Of a stretch of DNA of 64,000 nt, positions 58,701-64,000 are shown one piece after another; the stretch's first letter is position 1, and each line of letters starts with the position of its first letter. The notes beneath the pieces were generated by a model that worked only from the letters and a program-made list of their open reading frames with translations, searched no databases and had not been told where the DNA came from. The translations under genes were made by a program, and so were the position numbers. Source of the DNA: the human T2T-CHM13v2.0 reference genome, Homo sapiens; the NCBI RefSeq assembly GCF_009914755.1, contig NC_060927.1. One strand, 5' to 3'.

Positions 58701-61700
58701 GACTGAGAGGCTCCTGGAATCAAGTTGAAAGGGATTCCAGGGCTTGGATTGGCCAAAGAGTTTCTTAGAGGCAGGAGTCACCTGAGGGAGCCACAAAATC
58801 AGGAAAATAAGCAGAGCCAAGAATTGAGAGGGAAGGTCAATCAAGCAACCAAAAATGGTAAGAGTTCATAAGTGCCCCAAATCAAGGGACAAGTGCAGAT
58901 GTCAGAAGCTGGCTGTGCAGTCAAGGATAAGAGAGCCAGGGACCAGGCTGGTTCCAGAAGCAGGAAATGTTTTTATTCTGGACCAGGATCATTGAACTTG
59001 GCACTAGCCTAACCAGTAAGGCCTGCTGCCCAGCAGATCCTTTGGCCCACCCAGCCAAGGCATCTGGGTGGGTCCAGGGCATCTGTGTTGGTCCAGGGTA
59101 TGAGAGGCTGGTGGGCCCCATGGCCACCTGCTGAGCTGAAAATCGCAGATCACCCCTCTTCTCTTGAGCAGGTTTAGTGGTACAGGAGAGGCACCTCCGC
59201 TCCTACCAAGAGGGTGATACCGGCAGCCTGAGAGCTTCCCCTAAATCCCCACTGAGGTCAGCACTTACACTTGCCCTGGAAAGCCTAGTTGCAGATTGGC
59301 CCAATGCAGCCCCAACCAGCTTTACTCCCTTCAGCCACCTTGGCAGCAGAGCACAGAAACAGGATGTGAACCCTGAAAGTCCCATGACCTGCCAATCAAC
59401 AAAAGGCCAGGTTAAAATTCCACTGCCATTACCACAACTGCCTCTCATCTGAAAGTTCCGCCTACTGGCTGGGAAGTCAAACTGCAGGACCCATCACAAC
59501 TATTGATATCTTTGTACAGTGCTCAGCTGGCTTTTACATGCAAGCACCAACTGCTGGCCTGTAGAGTAAACTGCTCAACCCAATATAATTACTACTGAAA
59601 GAATTGCATAGCACTGGGAGATGAGATGAGCCTCTTGAGATCTCTCTTTTCCCATCTCTGTAAGAGATAGTGAGCCTGACCACACATACATCACCCCACC
59701 ACTACAACGTACAAGCTACTAGAGTTTGAGAAAATACACCAAGACTATCTATAACCAAGGAATTCATGCAGAGCCTTGGCCCTCTAAAAGCACATAGACA
59801 CAAAGCCTAAGGATCCTACCCAACATATACAACAGTCACCTCTCAGGAGGGAAAGAAGAAAAATCCCACCCAAATGAAAATAACCAAAAATGAGAAGTGA
59901 CAGCTTCTACAGATGAGAAGAAACTAACATAAGAGCTCCAGCACCATGAAGAAACAGAATGGTGTGACATTCCCAAAGGACCACACTAGCTCTCTAACAA
60001 TAGATCCTTTTTCAAGGATCCATTTCAAAGTTTTCATTTGGAAAACATTGAAATGACAGATAAGGAATTCTCAATATGGATTATAAGAAAGTTCAATGAG
60101 ATCCAAGAGAAAGTTGAAAACAACACAAAGAAACCAAAAAAAAACAATTCAAGAGATGAAAAATTAGATAGTTATATTTTTAAAAACCAACCAGAATTTC
60201 TGGAAATGAAAAATTCACTGAAAGAATTTCAAAACACAGCTGAGACCTTTAACAACAGACTAGACCAAGCAGAAGAAAAGAATTTCAGGGCTTGAAGAGC
60301 AGTCTTTCTAATTACTTCAATAAGACAAAAACAAATAAAAAAGAATTTTAAAAAAAATGAACAAAGCCTTTGAGAAATACAAGATAATGTAAAGTGACCA
60401 ACCCTATGATTTTATAGGTATTCTTGAGGGAGAAAAAAAGTAAGAAGTTTGGAAAACATATTTGAAGAAATGGTTCAGGGAAATTTCCCTGATCTTGCTA
60501 GAGATATAGACATCAAGATACAAGAAATCCAAATAACATCTGGAAAATACTATACAAGCTGAACATCACCAGGACATATAGTCATCAGACTACCCAAGGT
60601 CAATGTAAAAGAGCAAATCAAAGGCAAATAGACAGAACATACCAAAACCTCTGAGATACAGCAAAAGCAGTGCTAAGAGGGAAGTTTATAACATTAAATG
60701 CCTACATCAAAAAGATAGAAAGATCTTGAATTAACAACTTAATGTCACACCTCAAGGAACTAGAAAAACAAGAACAAACCAAACCCAAAGTTAGCAGCAG
60801 AAAATAAATAACAAAGACCAGAGCAGAACTGAGACTGAGAAAAAAAGTGATATAAAGGATCAATGAAACAAAAAGTTGGTTTTTTGAAAGGATAAGCAAA
60901 ATTGATAAACCACTAGCTATCTTAACCAAAAAAAAAAATGCATTTTCAAATAAGCACCATCAGAAATGACAAGGTGACATTATAACTGATACCATAGAAA
61001 TATAAAAGATCATCAGAGATTACTATGGACATCTCTATGCACACAAACTAGGATACCTAGAGGAAAGAAATAAATTCCTGGGAATATAAAACATCTCCAG
61101 ATTGAACGAGGCAGAAAGAGAAATTCTGAACAGACCAACAATAAGTAAAATTGAATGAGTAATTTGAAAAAAAAATTTTAAACCTTTAAACAACAAAAAG
61201 CCCAGGACTAGACAGATTCACAGCAGAATTTTACCATTCAAGGGGGAGCTAGTAGCAATCTTACTGAAACTATTCCAAACACTCAAGGAGGAGGGATTCC
61301 TTCCTAAGTCATTCTATGAAACCAGTGTCACTCTGATACGCAAATCAGACAAGAATACAAGAAAAAAAGAAAACTATAGACCAATATCTCTGATGAATAT
61401 AGGTGCAAAAATCCTCAACAAAATACTAGCAAACTGAATCCAATAGCACATCAAAAAGATAATTCATCATGATCAAGTGGGTTTTATTATGGGATGCAAG
61501 GATGGTTCAATATTCACAAATTAATAAATGTTATTCACCACATAAACAGAATTAAAAACAGAAACCATATGATCATCTTAATAGATGCAGAAAAAGCATT
61601 TGACAAAATTCCACATCCCTTTATGATAGAAAACCCTCAACAAATCAGGATCTGAGGGAACATTCCTCAATGTAATAAGAGCCATATATGACAAACCATA

Positions 61701-61757
61701 GCCAACATCATACTGAAAAGGAGAACTTGAAAGTATTAACCCTAAAAACTGGAACAA

Positions 61758-62083
61758 GGCCAGGCGTGGTGGCTCACACCTGTAATCTCAGCACTTTGGG
61801 AGGCCAAGGTGGACAGATCACAAGGTCATGATATTGAGACCATCCTGGCTAACATGGCAAAACCTCATCTCTACAAAAATACAAAAAATTAGCTGGGCAT
61901 GGTGACACGCACCTGTAGTCCCAGCTACTCAGGAAGCTGAGGCAGTAGATTGCTTGAACCCAGGAGGCAGAGGTTGCAGTGAGCTGAGATCGCACCATTG
62001 CACTCTAGCCTGGGTGACAGAGAGAGATTCCATCTCAAAAACACAAAAAAACAAAAACAAAAACAAAAAATAAAAAAATAAAT
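61758..62083 (+). mobile_element. AluS (Sc-like)
   Basis: Full dimer, TSD core CTGGAACAA. Confidence 0.9.
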
Positions 62084-62207
62084 AACCTGGAACAAGACAA
62101 GGATGTCCATTCTCACCACTCCTATTCAACATAGTACTGGAAGTTCCCACCAAAGCAACCAGGCAAGAGAAAGAAATAACAGCCATTGAAATTGAAAAAG
62201 AAGACCA

Positions 62208-62497
62208 GGCTGGGCGCGGTGGCTCACACCTGTAATCCCAGCACTTTGGGAGGCCAAGGCAGGCGGATCATAAGGTCAGGAGATCGAGACCATCCTGGCT
62301 AACATGGTGAAACCCCGTCTCTACTAAAAACACAAAAAATTAGCCGGGCGTGGTGGCGGGCACCTGTAGTCCCAGCTACTTAGGAGGCTGAGGCAGGAGA
62401 ATGGCATTAACCCGGGAAGCGGAGCTTGCAGTGAGCCGAGATTGCACCACGGCACTGCATCCTGGGCGACAGCACAAGACTCCATCTCAAAAAAAAA
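62208..62497 (+). mobile_element. AluY
   Basis: Y diagnostics present, TSD AAAAAGAAGACCA. Confidence 0.92.
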
Positions 62498-63769
62498 AAA
62501 AAGAAGACCAAATTATCTCTGTTCATTGAAGACATGATATTATACATAGGAAACTCTATAGACTCCTCCAAAAGATTCCTAGACTTGATAAATTATTTCA
62601 ATAAAGTATCGGGATACAAAATCAATGTACAAAACTCAGTAACATTTCTATACACCAATAACATTCAAGCTTAAAGACAAATCAAGAACTCAATCCAATT
62701 TACAATAGTCACACAATAAAAAATACTAGGAATACATTTAACCAAGGAGATGAAAGATCTCTACAAAACACTGATAAAGTAAATCATAGATGACACAAAC
62801 TAATAGAAAACATTCCATGCTCATGGATTGGAAGAATCAATATTGTTAAAATGAACATATTGCCCAAAGCAGTCTACAGAATCAACACAATTTCTATCAA
62901 AGTATCAATGTTATTCTTCACAAAATTAAAAAAAAAAACCATTTAAAGTTTGTATGGATCCAAAAAGGAGTCCAAATAGCCAAAGCAATCCTAAGCAAAA
63001 AGAACAAATCCAGAGGCATCACATTGCCTAACTTCAAATTATATCACAAGGCTATAGTAACTAAAACAGCACATTACTGGTACAAAAAGAGACACATACT
63101 GATCAACGGAACAGAATAGAAAACCCTAAAGTAAAGCCACATACCTACAGCCAATTGATCTTAATAACATTGACAAAAATAAACAATAGAAAAGGACACC
63201 TTATTCAATAAATGGTGCTAGGGAAATTGGGTAGCCATATGCAGAAGAATAAAACAACTCCTACCTCTCACCATATACCAAAATTAACTAAAGATGGATT
63301 AAAGACCTAAATGTAAGACCTGAAACTAAAAATTCCTAGAAGAAAATTTAGGAAAAACTCTTCTGGACATTGGCCTAGGCAAAGAATTTATGAATCAGAC
63401 CACAAAAGCAAATGCAACAAAACAAAAATAGATTAATGGGATTTAATTAACCTAAAAAGCTTCTTTACAGCAAAAGAAATAATCAAGAGAGTAAACAGAC
63501 AACCTAAAGAATGAGAGAAAATATTTGCAAGTTATGCCTCTGACAAAGGACAAATATCCAGAATCTAAAAAAAAAACTCAAACAACTCAAGACAAAAACA
63601 CATAATCCCATTAAAAAGTGGCCAAAAGACATGAACAGACATTTCTCAAAAGAAAATATACAAACAGCCAACAAACATATGAAAAAGTGCTCAACATCAG
63701 TAATCATCAGAGAAATGCAAATTAAAATCACAATGAAGTACCATCTCACACCAATCAGAATGGCTGTTT

Positions 63770-64000
63770 TTTAGTTGGTTTTTATTTTTTTAACTTTTAT
63801 TTTAGTTTCAGAGGTACATGTGCAGGTTTGTTATATAGGTAAATTGCATATCACAGGGGTTTGATGTACAGATAATTTCTCCACCCAAGTAACAAGCATA
63901 ATACCCAATAGGTAGTTTTTTGATCCTCATCCTCCTTTCCTCCTTTCCTCATCCTCCTCCACCCTCAGTTTCCCAGTGTCTGTTGTTCCCTTCTTTGTGT
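63770..64000 (-). mobile_element. L1PA (old, PA13-16-like) 3' end, runs off the window
   Basis: TTTTAACTTTTATTTTAGTTTCAGAGGTACATGTGCAGGTTTGTTATATAGGTAAATTG. Confidence 0.85.

Larger units (their letters stand above)
58960..63765 (+). mobile_element. Old L1 (L1PB/L1MA-type) with 5' UTR, partial ORF1 and decayed ORF2; internal deletion near 60627
   Basis: GC-richer 5' UTR and ORF1-like MRRN...EMTDKEFSIWIIRKFNEIQEKVEN. Jumps to ORF2 ACATACCAAAACCTCTG, and ORF2 homology continues to about 63765. Start is approximate. Confidence 0.8.

Overview
Repeat-dense genomic DNA from human or another great ape, either intergenic or deep intronic. Transposable elements make up well over half of the window. 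No host protein-coding gene could be recognised, and nearly all short ORFs in the track are Alu, L1, LTR or microsatellite artefacts. The only long real ORF is L1 ORF2 (5772-9599, 1275 aa, uninterrupted). It sits in a full-length L1PA2-like element (3787-9820, 12-bp TSD) whose ORF1 is broken by a 1-bp deletion and a nonsense codon, and whose antisense ORF0 (71 aa) is intact. Other large features are a decayed HERV-L integrase/dUTPase segment with its MLT2 3' LTR, a multi-level nested L1 stack (26.9-40.2 kb), a two-LTR MST (MaLR) provirus, an old internally deleted L1 (59-63.8 kb), about 16 Alu-family SINEs, and solo LTRs, MIR/L2 and hAT MITEs. I found no convincing new gene system. The most unusual signals are small. 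(1) A retroposed MER41 LTR mini-transcript with a tail and TSD. (2) A tailless 35-nt U2 snRNA retropseudogene. (3) A set of locally templated insertions and fold-back inversions: a 157-bp direct copy, a 68-bp inverted copy from 2 kb away, a micro-inversion and hairpins. (4) A few strong but unverified splice-site pairs. Subfamily calls come from recalled consensus sequences read by eye, and boundaries of old repeats are approximate.
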